Shown here one piece after another: positions 1 to 10,004 of a stretch of DNA of 64,000 bases. The DNA comes from an uncultured Gemmatimonadota bacterium. GTDB lineage: Bacteria > GCA-2686955 > CAYMWF01. A model generated the notes under the pieces. It ran no database searches. It was not told the origin of the DNA and saw nothing but the letters and a program-made list of their open reading frames with translations. Made by a program: the position numbers and the translations under genes. The stretch covers positions 48,051-112,050 of the forward strand of contig CAYMWF010000002.1 of NCBI GenBank assembly GCA_964394085.1. Reading direction: 5' to 3'. Position 1 is the first letter of the stretch; every line of letters starts with the position of its first letter.

Positions 1-720
1 GGCCAAGAGCAGGACATGGGGGCAGCCGGTTTCGTCCTTTAGAATTTCGAACGCTCTGATCAGGGTCGTTATATTTTTCCATGGAGCGAGCAATCCTACA
101 TAAAGTATGTAGGGTCTGGAATCGGGGATGTACTTTTTAACGATAACTGACGCATCGTCCTGGGAAACAGGTATGAAACGCTCATGATCGATAGCGGCGC
201 CGACATTTACTACTTTATCTTCATGGACATTCAGGTAATTGACAATATCAGATTTCGAAGCTTCGGAGATGGTAACGATTTTGTCAGCTCTGTGAGCTAC
301 GCGCTTAAGATGATGGTCAAGAAAATACTGCCAATCAGGGTGAAGAGCATGCGGAAACCTGACGTGGTACATATCGTAGATGTTCAGAACGGTTTTTGCT
401 TTTATCGCAGCAGGTACAAAATATCGAACACCATGAAATATATCATGTTTCCCTAGCAGCAGCTCAATCGGAATATTCATATCGACGAGTAACCTGTCCA
501 CCAGTCGGGTTGGAATGCGTAATACTTTTTTCTCTACACCTGGAACTGTAGCCTTATTGATTCTTTCAGAGTATCTGGATCTTGTGACGTTGAAAAATTG
601 GACCAACCGATGAGATTTCAAATGCTTCGATAGCACTTCAATGAAATTATAAGTCCAGTTGTTGATTCCCGTACCTTCCGGATTCAGAAATAACCACCTG
701 GAATCTATTATGATTTTCAT
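1..720 (-). CDS. Glycosyltransferase family 4 (GT-B), 5' portion; 3' end lies beyond window start
   Basis: Manual minus-strand translation from ATG (718-720) to position 1 has no stop: MKIIIDSRWLFLNPEGTGINNWTYNFIEVL...YVGLLAPWKNITTLIRAFEILKDETGCPHVLLLA. This is a typical GT4 N-domain plus the start of the C-domain. It is absent from the ORF track because it has no stop inside the window. Confidence 0.6.
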   Translation of the reverse strand, partial: MKIIIDSRWLFLNPEGTGINNWTYNFIEVLSKHLKSHRLVQFFNVTRSRYSERINKATVPGVEKKVLRIPTRLVDRLLVDMNIPIELLLGKHDIFHGVRYFVPAAIKAKTVLNIYDMYHVRFPHALHPDWQYFLDHHLKRVAHRADKIVTISEASKSDIVNYLNVHEDKVVNVGAAIDHERFIPVSQDDASVIVKKYIPDSRPYILYVGLLAPWKNITTLIRAFEILKDETGCPHVLLLA

Positions 721-790
721 GATATTTTCAGGCGCCGTTTCAATATGGTGATTTTCGGGTAATCCTGCGGCTGGTTGCTCTTCTTCTATC

Positions 791-2140
791 TCAGCAAGAA
801 TTAAAAACCACCTCTTCCCCGATTGAGAAGATGCGCTCAACGAGCTCCATGCCCTGCATGACAGAATGATCCATGTTCCCTATTTCGTATTTCCAGGACC
901 CGAACCGACCTCTTGAAAACAACTGATTCTTTTCTAATAATTCGTGGATTCTCCCGATGTCACGGTTTCGACCCATGAAAGGGACTGGTAGAGAATATGG
1001 AATATCCGCTACCCAGGTCGACACGATACGCTCTCTGTCATCAGATTCTAGAAATGCCGCATCAATCAAACCTTCAACAGTTTCATCAAGGATACTACCA
1101 ACATTGTAGGATGTCCGTTCGCTGGTTGAAATCTCGCAAAGCAAAGAAAAATAGCGATCACCCGGGGTGTTGTTAGGTGAGTAATTGGATAGGTATGTTA
1201 CCCTGTAGAAAGGGTGTTTATTTTGCGGAAAATATGTCCAGTTCTTATTACTTGGACACGGTCTTTTTATCCCAATCCCTGTCATAATCCCCTGATTGGT
1301 CAGAAAATTTTTTCCGCGTTTAACCAGCGATTCAGGGGGACGGTCGATAATCTTTATCAGTTCCGGTAACGGAATTGTCGAAATTAGAATATCATAATTA
1401 TATTTAGCTCTGTCAGCCAGAACCAGTTCCTTTTTTCTTATATCGATCTTTTCAATGGCTCTCCCATATTCGATATTCGAATCTAAAACTGAAGCCATCT
1501 TAGTGAAAAGACCTCCGGTTCCGCCGTTTAATGGATAGCTGAATTCTCTGTTCGGCCCCCAATTAGAGTCTTCCTTTCTGTAAATAATATTTTCAATTAC
1601 CTTTCGGATATCAACAGTGGTGACGCGTTCCGCAATCCATCCCGCATCCATTCCCTTGAGATCCACCGCCCAGACCTTTTCATTGTATGGAATCATAAAA
1701 TGCTCAGCGATTCCTTTACCAAATACCGTATTCACCCATGTCAAGAAATTAGTACGATCAGGTTCGACATCCTGAATGCCCAAGAGGCCCTCGACGCATT
1801 CCAAGACAACCTGTTCTTGGAGAAAATGAAAGTTGCTTTGAAAAGGATACTTTATGAATCTATCATAGATCCTTACCCAGCTTTCTCTTGCATGCTTGAC
1901 AATCTCGTCTCCCAGAAGCTCGGAAACCAGCGAATTGAATCTATCAATCGATGAAAAGATAATATGACCGCCATAATCCCAAACGAATCCGGATGAATCC
2001 ACGACACTGGCGGAGAGACCTCCCGGCTGGTTTTCTTTCTCAAAGAGCCGCCAGTTTCTGTACCCAAGCTTTTCGAGTCTCCAGGCCGCACCGAGTCCCG
2101 TCGGACCGGCGCCCAGGATGAGGATTTTCTTATCCATCAT
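791..2140 (-). CDS. FAD/NAD(P)-binding oxidoreductase (amine-oxidase / UDP-galactopyranose-mutase-like Rossmann fold)
   Basis: N-terminal dinucleotide-binding motif ILILGAGPTGLGAAWRL...FEKENQPGGL...DYGGHIIFS. It sits inside the glycan cluster and is co-oriented with the flippase (ATGA-type overlap at 2137-2140). Confidence 0.55.
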   Translation of the reverse strand: MMDKKILILGAGPTGLGAAWRLEKLGYRNWRLFEKENQPGGLSASVVDSSGFVWDYGGHIIFSSIDRFNSLVSELLGDEIVKHARESWVRIYDRFIKYPFQSNFHFLQEQVVLECVEGLLGIQDVEPDRTNFLTWVNTVFGKGIAEHFMIPYNEKVWAVDLKGMDAGWIAERVTTVDIRKVIENIIYRKEDSNWGPNREFSYPLNGGTGGLFTKMASVLDSNIEYGRAIEKIDIRKKELVLADRAKYNYDILISTIPLPELIKIIDRPPESLVKRGKNFLTNQGIMTGIGIKRPCPSNKNWTYFPQNKHPFYRVTYLSNYSPNNTPGDRYFSLLCEISTSERTSYNVGSILDETVEGLIDAAFLESDDRERIVSTWVADIPYSLPVPFMGRNRDIGRIHELLEKNQLFSRGRFGSWKYEIGNMDHSVMQGMELVERIFSIGEEVVFNSC

Positions 2141-3702
2141 CTCCCTCCAAATCCAAAAACCCGTTGAAGAACAGTTTTTATCTGTTCCTTCTCGGCTTCA
2201 GTGACTACTCCAAGTACAAACAAGGAAATATAATAGACTAGGATAGATAATATTATTGATACAATCCCCAGTATACCTGCCTCGGTCAGTCTCAAAACAG
2301 ACAGAATATGACTGATCAGATGATAGAATGCCAGCATGATCAGTGCCGACACGATCAGGAATGGGTTCACAGGCGGAAAAAGTCTGCCTTCCCGGTTGAA
2401 TGTTCGTTTCACTAACAGCAATTTCACTAACATGAGAAAAGACACGGAGGCCAGTGTTGCCCAGGCTGCACCGATGAATGAGTACGAGGGGATCAATACT
2501 GAATTTAAAATCGCGTTGAGCGCAATCGCCATGAAGCTTAATATTATCAGTATCGACGCCCCACCAGCCCTCGTCACGTACTTGCTGTTAAATAGAACAG
2601 GGAGAATAACTACATTTAAACTGTTTATGGCATAAGTTCCCGCCTGAATCTTCATCGCAAAAGACGAGGGCGCATATTTCTCCGTAAAGAAAAGTACCAG
2701 GATCTTTTCGGCTCCAAAAAAGACTGCAAAAAAAAGCGGTATTGCATAAAAAGTAATAACCAATCTGAACAGCTGGTGGAAAGTACGTATAACCAAGCCG
2801 AAGTTTTTTTCAAAGTTACGCGATATTACAGGATAAATAACCGTTCTGACGCTTTCGAGCATCATCGCAATCGAATCGAACAGTCTAAAAGGAATTGTGT
2901 AGTATGCCACTGCGCTCATTGAGAGGGGGATTTCAGAAAGTCCGACAAGGTCGAGGTCTAGACGCCTACCCCCCGGGATTAAGGAAAGCATGAACTGGTC
3001 AATACGGGAATTGATGACAATCAGGAAAGCCAGAATTCCAAAAGGCAACGTGCGCTTTATTAGCCCTATTGCAAATTCTTTCTCGACAAAGGGTCGTATC
3101 GGGAAAAAATGGCGTTTAAACAATTGGTAATAAACTGTTATCGCGACAACTGCCGAAACCACCTGGAGGAGAAAAATGAATGGAAGTCCGTTATCTCCTT
3201 CTGCCACCAGAAGCAAAATGGCAAATAAATTGAAAAAGAATGATAAAAAAGTACCAAGGAGAGCAGGCCCCCACATTTTCTCATGTGCGATAAACATGGC
3301 GCTCATCGTGTCAATCAATGGGTTTAAAATGATTGTTGCGGCCACGATGAACAAGAACCTGGTCACATCGGGTTCATAGTTCAGAACATTGCCGACCATA
3401 ATCAGATAAATTATCAAACCAATTAAAGCAAAACTCAACCGGATGGTGAGGATGTTTAAGAATATAAATCTGGCTCTCTCCTTGTTTTTCGAGATTTCCT
3501 TGATGCTCATCGGTTGGAATCCCAAGTTCGCCAGCAATGTAAAGATGAAAGCAACGGTATTCACCGTACCGAACTTTCCAAAGCTCGCTTCGGACAGCTT
3601 CTGAGCAGCTATTAGCAGAAACGCGAAATTCAGCAGTTTAATCAGAATATTCGAAATCAGAATATATAATGTATTTCTGACGATTCGCTGAGCAAGGCTC
3701 AT
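2137..3702 (-). CDS. Wzx-like oligosaccharide flippase (polysaccharide biosynthesis protein, MOP superfamily)
   Basis: The track ORF extends to 4044, but the real start is the ATG at 3700-3702 with a GGAGG RBS. That start overlaps the GT2 stop (ATGA). The protein is polytopic: MSLAQRIVRNTLYILISNILIKLLNFAFLLIAAQKLSEASFGKFG..., typical of Wzx/RfbX. Confidence 0.65.
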   Translation of the reverse strand: MSLAQRIVRNTLYILISNILIKLLNFAFLLIAAQKLSEASFGKFGTVNTVAFIFTLLANLGFQPMSIKEISKNKERARFIFLNILTIRLSFALIGLIIYLIMVGNVLNYEPDVTRFLFIVAATIILNPLIDTMSAMFIAHEKMWGPALLGTFLSFFFNLFAILLLVAEGDNGLPFIFLLQVVSAVVAITVYYQLFKRHFFPIRPFVEKEFAIGLIKRTLPFGILAFLIVINSRIDQFMLSLIPGGRRLDLDLVGLSEIPLSMSAVAYYTIPFRLFDSIAMMLESVRTVIYPVISRNFEKNFGLVIRTFHQLFRLVITFYAIPLFFAVFFGAEKILVLFFTEKYAPSSFAMKIQAGTYAINSLNVVILPVLFNSKYVTRAGGASILIILSFMAIALNAILNSVLIPSYSFIGAAWATLASVSFLMLVKLLLVKRTFNREGRLFPPVNPFLIVSALIMLAFYHLISHILSVLRLTEAGILGIVSIILSILVYYISLFVLGVVTEAEKEQIKTVLQRVFGFGGR

Positions 3703-4649
3703 TCGATTCCGCCTCCGAAAATCATAAGCTGTTCCAACACGTGGAGGGAGCAGGTTCTGTTCCGCTGTATTTCTTTTCGTTTTCGGAGGAGGGCAGGTAG
3801 TTTCTTGAGGGCATCTAATCGTCCCAGAAGGGCGGATAAAGGGTGGTCGGTCAAGAATAATGAAAGGAAAAATGTAGAAACCAGTTCCGGAAGGTGACGT
3901 TTCATTATTCCTCCGGGATAGTCCTTGATAAATGTAAAGATCGCGTTTCTGTTTGTCCTCCTGATGAAGTCTTTGCTCCCTGGTTCTGAAGAGGCTGATC
4001 CGATATGATATGAAACTGCGGGAGGCACATAAGCACCGCGCCAATCAGCAAGCCTCAGTCTGAGGCAAAGGTCCGTGTCTTCCCCATGCGCGAAATACTG
4101 TTCATCATAAGATCCAACTTCATCTAAAGCTGCTTTCCTGAAGAGGGACGCGGCTGTGCAGATTGCCAGAACCTCTCTCGGCTCCTCGTATTGGCCGATA
4201 TCTTCTTCATCTTTTCCGATGTTATATGGTAGAGCGTCTATGCCATAATGATCGCCGACCGCATATATGATTTTGGTATCCTCTGACCAGATTATCTTGC
4301 CTCCAGCAAAACCGAGAGAAGGGTTCGCATCCATAACTTCAACAAGATTACCAAGCCATGACGGATCGGCGATGACGTCATTTGAATAAAAAGCGATGTA
4401 TTCCGAGTCCGCTGCTTTCAGCCCGATATTCGCCGCTGGTGCATAACCCGTGTTTTCAGGCAGAAGTAAAGTATCCACCGAAGGATAATTCTCATTCAAC
4501 CAAACCATGCTGTCATCTTGAGAGCCGTTGTCTACAACGAGTATCCTGAACGATGTATAATCCTGGTTCAGAAGCGATGGGATAGACTTCTCAAGCAAGT
4601 ATCGCCTGTTCCAGTGCGGAATGACAAATGTAACGCGTGGTTTACCCAT
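3699..4649 (-). CDS. Glycosyltransferase family 2
   Basis: VTFVIPHWNRRYLLEKSIPSLLNQDYTSFRILVVDNGSQDDS... is a GT-A fold with a DxD-type GT2 N-terminus. Confidence 0.75.
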   Translation of the reverse strand: MGKPRVTFVIPHWNRRYLLEKSIPSLLNQDYTSFRILVVDNGSQDDSMVWLNENYPSVDTLLLPENTGYAPAANIGLKAADSEYIAFYSNDVIADPSWLGNLVEVMDANPSLGFAGGKIIWSEDTKIIYAVGDHYGIDALPYNIGKDEEDIGQYEEPREVLAICTAASLFRKAALDEVGSYDEQYFAHGEDTDLCLRLRLADWRGAYVPPAVSYHIGSASSEPGSKDFIRRTNRNAIFTFIKDYPGGIMKRHLPELVSTFFLSLFLTDHPLSALLGRLDALKKLPALLRKRKEIQRNRTCSLHVLEQLMIFGGGIE

Positions 4650-4670
4650 GTTTTCAGGTTACCCGGATGA

Positions 4671-6281
4671 CTATTCTATGTAACCCAATCCTTTCAACCG
4701 TTTCTTGATTTCCTTATCATCTTCATCGTTTAAAATCATTTCGGAACTACCGGATTCTACACACTTTGCGGTCTCGGTTTTCATATAATCAGGAGGAAAT
4801 TTTTTACGGAACCACGGTTCAATGATCTCCTCCCTTAAAAAGCCATCGAGTTTCGCTGGAATCGGGCGTCTCATCAGATAAAATGCAAGTGGTAAAATGT
4901 CTTCCAGCCCTGCACCGTCAACCTGGTTGTCCTTTGCTATGCCGTCTCCATGCACATAAAGTATTCCGTGATCCCGATGTTGCCCGGATTCTCCTTCCTG
5001 TCTCCCGGAAAACGCCGGATCTGATGTGGACGAGAATAATTGCTGCGCCTGCAGGTTCGGGGAGGGCATAAAACTGTGGTCCTGCATTATCATAACCAGA
5101 TCAGGTGCTGAATCTGTATATGGACCTTCGTATATTTCATCCCTGGTGTATACAATATCGACCAGTTTTTCTCCATTGTCGGGATTCCTTAAGGACTCCA
5201 GATCCGTTTTGATCTGTTCAACCAGACCGTCATAGTCAGCGGGATCCACAATCCCCTCCGGTTCTCTTCCCCGCAGATTGATGTATATCCCTTCCTGGGA
5301 TCCTATCCAATTGGAATACGCCGTTGTTCTCCGCCAATCAATAATCTCTTCGAGTTTTTTACGGGCAAGCCGCAGAGACCTCCCATGACGCGACAGTCCG
5401 TACCTCTGAAACGGTCGTTTGAGTTTTAAATAATTGCACTGTTCAAGCCACTTATTCAAAAAAAAGTTCTTTGTCTTGGGACCAAACCCATGATCTGACA
5501 TAACAATCAAAGATGTGTCTTCAAGCTTCTCGAGGAGACGACCAATTAGCCGGTCAAGCCGGATATAACAGTGCCTTATTGCTTCTCCGTAACTATCTGC
5601 AGAAGCCTGACTATATCCGGGATGGGATCGATCCATTGCGTGCCAGAAAAAATGCTGAATCCTGTCGGATATTGTAAAAACGGCCATGAAACAATCCCAG
5701 GGTTTTGTACTCATGAGGTAGTGCATTATTTCTTCACGTCGGGAAAGGTTTTCATATAATCTTTCCAGGACGGGCACTCCCGGTGGTTGCCCCGTCATTC
5801 CCAGGAGTTCCATTTCGACGGGTGGACGCAATCCGCGGGCGATAAGTTCAACAAGCAGCGACGCAGGCTTTGTAATCCCCGCCTCTATCGACGGTGAAAG
5901 CAGTCCGGTTACTATTATTGCGGGATTGTCTCTTGGCGGAAAACTGACAGGAACATTGAATGAAACTCCGGAACCTCCCTGCTCTGCCAGGTGATCAAAT
6001 AAAGTGGGTGCCCTCAGGACGCTGGAATTGATCAGCGGTCGTTCCCAGCGGCCTTTTAATTGCTGCCAGAACGCGAAGATACCTGTCCTGCCCGGGTTTA
6101 CGCCTGTCAGGGCAACCGGCCAGGCAACGGAACTCTGAGGAGGGATTGATGAGCGGAGCTTTCCCCAGGAACCTTCTTGCGCAAGTTTACGGAAGGACGG
6201 TAATCGACCCTCCTTGACAAGGGGATCGATAATATCAAATGTCGCGCCATCCAAACCAAGGATGAAAAGGCGTTTATTCAT
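4671..6281 (-). CDS. Alkaline-phosphatase-superfamily protein (type I phosphodiesterase/nucleotide pyrophosphatase family), paralog 1
   Basis: N-terminus LFILGLDGATFDIIDPL...SSIPPQSSVAWPVALTGVNPGRTG. No signal peptide. The C-terminus ends ...KGLGYIE, as in paralog 2. Confidence 0.6.
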   Translation of the reverse strand: MNKRLFILGLDGATFDIIDPLVKEGRLPSFRKLAQEGSWGKLRSSIPPQSSVAWPVALTGVNPGRTGIFAFWQQLKGRWERPLINSSVLRAPTLFDHLAEQGGSGVSFNVPVSFPPRDNPAIIVTGLLSPSIEAGITKPASLLVELIARGLRPPVEMELLGMTGQPPGVPVLERLYENLSRREEIMHYLMSTKPWDCFMAVFTISDRIQHFFWHAMDRSHPGYSQASADSYGEAIRHCYIRLDRLIGRLLEKLEDTSLIVMSDHGFGPKTKNFFLNKWLEQCNYLKLKRPFQRYGLSRHGRSLRLARKKLEEIIDWRRTTAYSNWIGSQEGIYINLRGREPEGIVDPADYDGLVEQIKTDLESLRNPDNGEKLVDIVYTRDEIYEGPYTDSAPDLVMIMQDHSFMPSPNLQAQQLFSSTSDPAFSGRQEGESGQHRDHGILYVHGDGIAKDNQVDGAGLEDILPLAFYLMRRPIPAKLDGFLREEIIEPWFRKKFPPDYMKTETAKCVESGSSEMILNDEDDKEIKKRLKGLGYIE

Positions 6282-6297
6282 TGAACCATCTCGATAT

Positions 6298-6975
6298 TTA
6301 TCTATCCCCGATCTCGCTATCTTCTGAAAGAAACTTGACTTTGCTTACCGCTACACCGCTGGAATCGTTGTTGGTCTGTACCGGGTGTTTAGACGAATCT
6401 TGACCCGTATCTCGGATGTCATTGGCCAGGAAAACACCGAAAAGAAGCAGAATAATAACCGGAAGAAGGACCAGGTACATTTCACGCAACGGGGGTCTTG
6501 GGTACAAGGAATCCAGAAAATTTCTGGCAACAAGATTAACGAAAATTGATACCAGGGCACTTACACCACAACAGTTTATTACCAGGATTGTTGAAAGGAT
6601 GAGGCGTGACCATATAGACAGAAGGAAATGCGGAAAAACGACTCTCGAAAAAAACTCCAGAACTATCAACGATGCCGTGGTTGATGTGAAAAGAAAAAAT
6701 ACGGTGGTAATTATACCAGTATCCGTTCTGGGGAATCTATTTGGTTGAACCAACCTGAAAAGGTAAAGAATTCCTGCTGTCAGGATTCCCATGCTTGGTA
6801 TTAACAGAAGAGTCAGCGTTACAAAATCATAATTGAACTGGAAAAAATCTCTAAAACCTAGATAAATGTTGTCATGGACAATAAGATCGAAGGCGGCTAA
6901 AAGAAGGGTCAGAATGATCGATACGGGCAATCCTATTGCTAGTGCACGTTCGAAATCAGACTTATACCTGCTCAT
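6298..6975 (-). CDS. Polytopic membrane protein, unknown function
   Basis: Hydrophobic helices throughout. It lies between the two AlkP-family paralogs on the same strand. Confidence 0.4.
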   Translation of the reverse strand: MSRYKSDFERALAIGLPVSIILTLLLAAFDLIVHDNIYLGFRDFFQFNYDFVTLTLLLIPSMGILTAGILYLFRLVQPNRFPRTDTGIITTVFFLFTSTTASLIVLEFFSRVVFPHFLLSIWSRLILSTILVINCCGVSALVSIFVNLVARNFLDSLYPRPPLREMYLVLLPVIILLLFGVFLANDIRDTGQDSSKHPVQTNNDSSGVAVSKVKFLSEDSEIGDR

Positions 6976-6989
6976 GCATCCTCCACAGG

Positions 6990-8588
6990 TTACTCGATAT
7001 AACCCAGCCCTTTTAACTGTCGATGGATTATCTCCGAGTCTTCGTTACTGTACTCTTCAGTAAAACGCCCATATCCCTTTGCGGTTTCTGTCCGGTCTAC
7101 TCTCGCAGCATTGTAGGAATCAGTAAATGCTTCTTTTATGGGTGTTCCATCCATATCATCAGGTGTAGGAATATCAAAATGTCTGAGAATAGTAGGGGCA
7201 ATATCCATAATACTCGCATCATCGATGCAGACGCCGGTTTTAACAGCTGAAGATGGTCCATGTATTACAAGAACGCCATCCTCCCTGTGGAGAGCAGGGG
7301 TCAAGGTCTCGGGTTTTTCAAGCAGTGGCCCTTTATCTATTTGCCCAAGTGTATGATATGCGTGCCCATCCGTCTTATATTGAATATCGGGTGCACAACC
7401 GATCTGGTCGCCGGAAAATATTTCTTGAGCGGTCCACGCATCGCTGATAACTCTTCGCCCTGAATCCGGATCTGTGATCTGCAGCAATCTATCAATAACT
7501 TCCCGCTTAAGAGATTCCTCTTGCTCTCCAGGCTCAACTATACCCTTCGGCTCACGTCCCCTTAGATTAAGCATAATTATTTCCTCTCCCCCCGCCCATG
7601 CCGGATAAGCCACCGAAGCAGACCAATCAATCGATTCCCAGGGTTCCGGTTGTCGCAATCCGATGAATCGCTTCCGGCGTCGTAGTTCAATTCTATTCAG
7701 AATCGGTTGAATTCGGAAGGAAGGTGCAATCCGCAAATATCCCTTCCGGATTAACCAGCGCCCCACGAAAAAGTTCTTTTTTATCGGACCGAACCCGTGA
7801 TCGGAGATAACTATCGTCACGGTTTCCTCTGGAAGGCCTTCCAATAACCGTCCAAGGATTCTGTCGGTTGCTGTGTAGGCTTCTTCGATGAGTCCCTCGA
7901 ACATCGCAGTTTCACGCGGGTGGTTTGAACGATACTCTTCATCTCGGAACCGCCAGGCCACATGCTGCACCCTGTCCGTAATTGTAAATACTGCAGCGAA
8001 GACATCCCATTCCCTTGATAGCATCAGGTATTCTACTGCTCTTGCCCGCTGACTCTGCTCTGCAAAGAGCTGCTCCAGAAGACGAAGACGATCCGGCGAG
8101 GAAGCACCGCCAGGTTCAGAATGATCCAGAGGGTATGTACCAAGATTGGAGAGTAGCTCCATATGGAGGGATGAAGGCCAGGTAAACAGGTGTTCTTTTG
8201 ACGGGGTCAGCATCCCGGCGACCAGGATTCCGTTGACTTTTTCCGGTGGGTAAGTCATCGGCATATTAACGACTCCGACACGCCGAGCGTGACGAGAAAG
8301 AATCGACCAGATTGTCTCTGATTTAATGGCGGTAGCATTGACGTATCTTCTGCGATACGACTCAGGTAATTGCTGAAGAAAATAATAGACTCCGTGTTTT
8401 CCGGGGTTTTTCCCCGTCATTAACGAAGCCCATGCTACTGAAGAATTCGGCGGGATAGTTGACACCAGGTTAGCGCGAACGCCGTTCTGCAAAAGCCGTT
8501 TAATAGTCGGTAATTTATCCTGATCAATGAGCGGATCAATAATATCGAAAGTAGCCCCGTCTATACCGAATAGAAAAATCCGTTCCAT
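6990..8588 (-). CDS. Alkaline-phosphatase-superfamily protein (type I phosphodiesterase family), paralog 2
   Basis: MERIFLFGIDGATFDIIDPL...STIPPNSSVAWASLMTGKNPGKHG. Same architecture and same C-terminal ...KGLGYIE as 4671-6281. Confidence 0.6.
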   Translation of the reverse strand: MERIFLFGIDGATFDIIDPLIDQDKLPTIKRLLQNGVRANLVSTIPPNSSVAWASLMTGKNPGKHGVYYFLQQLPESYRRRYVNATAIKSETIWSILSRHARRVGVVNMPMTYPPEKVNGILVAGMLTPSKEHLFTWPSSLHMELLSNLGTYPLDHSEPGGASSPDRLRLLEQLFAEQSQRARAVEYLMLSREWDVFAAVFTITDRVQHVAWRFRDEEYRSNHPRETAMFEGLIEEAYTATDRILGRLLEGLPEETVTIVISDHGFGPIKKNFFVGRWLIRKGYLRIAPSFRIQPILNRIELRRRKRFIGLRQPEPWESIDWSASVAYPAWAGGEEIIMLNLRGREPKGIVEPGEQEESLKREVIDRLLQITDPDSGRRVISDAWTAQEIFSGDQIGCAPDIQYKTDGHAYHTLGQIDKGPLLEKPETLTPALHREDGVLVIHGPSSAVKTGVCIDDASIMDIAPTILRHFDIPTPDDMDGTPIKEAFTDSYNAARVDRTETAKGYGRFTEEYSNEDSEIIHRQLKGLGYIE

Positions 8589-8771
8589 CTAATCGCATTT
8601 CCGGGTAGTTACCCGATTTTCACAGTTTCTGAATCATTTTCGGCATTGTCGGATTCAGGTCGCTCCTCCGGGCAGGGAGAATATATTATCCTGTATCTTT
8701 GGATGCCGTCATTTTTTTCGGGTTCCCTGCAGATAGCGAGGATGGACTTTGGGCTTTACGAGTGTTTGGGA

Positions 8772-9656
8772 TCAAGCATCCCTGCTTAGAAGATACTTGG
8801 CCAGCAGTCGGAGTTTTTCCGCCCTGCTTCCAAACCGTTCAAGGTGATCGATCGATTCTTTATAAAGTCTTGAAGCAGTTTCCCTCGCCGAGGAAATATC
8901 AACAAAATTCACAAGTGACACCCGGTTACGATCCTTGTTCCCCTCTTTCCCAGTCCTGCTTGCTACACCTTCTACATCCAGGATATCATCAATAATCTGG
9001 TAAGCCAGTCCGAGTTTTTCTGTAAACCCGGTAACAGCCTCGATAGCTCCCCTGTCACCATCACCAACCATGACCCCAAGTTGAGCTGATGCTGAGAATA
9101 AACGACCGGTCTTCCTGTCATGGATCGACTGCAGCATATCAAATGTTAAATCAGCGGCGGAGGTTTGCAGGTCATCAATCTGTCCTCCAACAAGACCTTT
9201 CGATCCTACCGTACGGGAGATCAAACTCACCATTCTGGCTACAGTTGTTTCCGGAAGATCCTTGTTCAGCGCATACTCACCAATGATTTCATAAGCGCGA
9301 ACCAGCAAAGCAATACTGGACAAAACGGCAATATCTTCGCTGAAGGCCAGATGTGTGGTCTCTACACCCCTCCTTAAACCCGAGTTATCCATGGCCGGCA
9401 GATCGTCCAGGATGAGAGAACTGGAATGAATCAGCTCAACAGCTGCACCGACATCAATCACCTCCGAAATTTTCACGTCAAATATTTCCGCACAGAGAAT
9501 TGTCACTGCAGGTCTGATTCTCTTGCCGCCACTAAGGACCGCATACCTCATCGCTTCGTGAATGGGCTCGGGATGAACATTAGCAGGAACTAGCACGACT
9601 TCCAGATGTCGATTAATTGCCTTTTGAAGAGAGGGCAGGAAGGTAGGAGGTTTCAT
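8772..9656 (-). CDS. Polyprenyl diphosphate synthase (GGPP/FPP synthase family)
   Basis: First Asp-rich motif LILDDLPAMDNSGLRRG and second motif YQIIDDILD. Confidence 0.8.
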   Translation of the reverse strand: MKPPTFLPSLQKAINRHLEVVLVPANVHPEPIHEAMRYAVLSGGKRIRPAVTILCAEIFDVKISEVIDVGAAVELIHSSSLILDDLPAMDNSGLRRGVETTHLAFSEDIAVLSSIALLVRAYEIIGEYALNKDLPETTVARMVSLISRTVGSKGLVGGQIDDLQTSAADLTFDMLQSIHDRKTGRLFSASAQLGVMVGDGDRGAIEAVTGFTEKLGLAYQIIDDILDVEGVASRTGKEGNKDRNRVSLVNFVDISSARETASRLYKESIDHLERFGSRAEKLRLLAKYLLSRDA

Positions 9657-10004
9657 AAAGTAACAAATTCCTATCTGGTTGCTTGATAACGTTTCAAGAT
9701 GGTAATCGGTTAATCAGCCGGGTTTTCCAGAAGAACCTATTTCAGGCTGCTGTCTAATATATTTGTTTTACCTTTTATGAAGGTTACGGAGCATCAGCGT
9801 TGAGATTTCTGTGAACCCCGAATACTGGGTTTCATTAAAGACTCAATCTAATATGGTTACCCGGCTTTGTCAAGATGGCGCATCAGCTAACAACGGTCGT
9901 GCGTTTTCGGTGTCTTTTGGGTTTCCTTCTTCAGGAGATTCAATCCCGAGGGCAGATCGTGAAATTTAGAGGTTCTTCGGATCTGGAACCAGTAAGCTCC
10001 GTCA

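Noticed and set aside
184-456. 90-aa plus-strand ORF
   Set aside because: Lies antisense inside the much better supported minus-strand GT4 gene (1-720), which translates without stops and has clear family motifs.
3703-4044. N-terminal 114 aa of the 635-aa track ORF (2137-4044)
   Set aside because: This stretch overlaps the GT2 gene in another frame. It is Cys/Arg-rich nonsense before a Wzx N-terminus that begins at a GGAGG-supported ATG (3700-3702) with the classic ATGA overlap.
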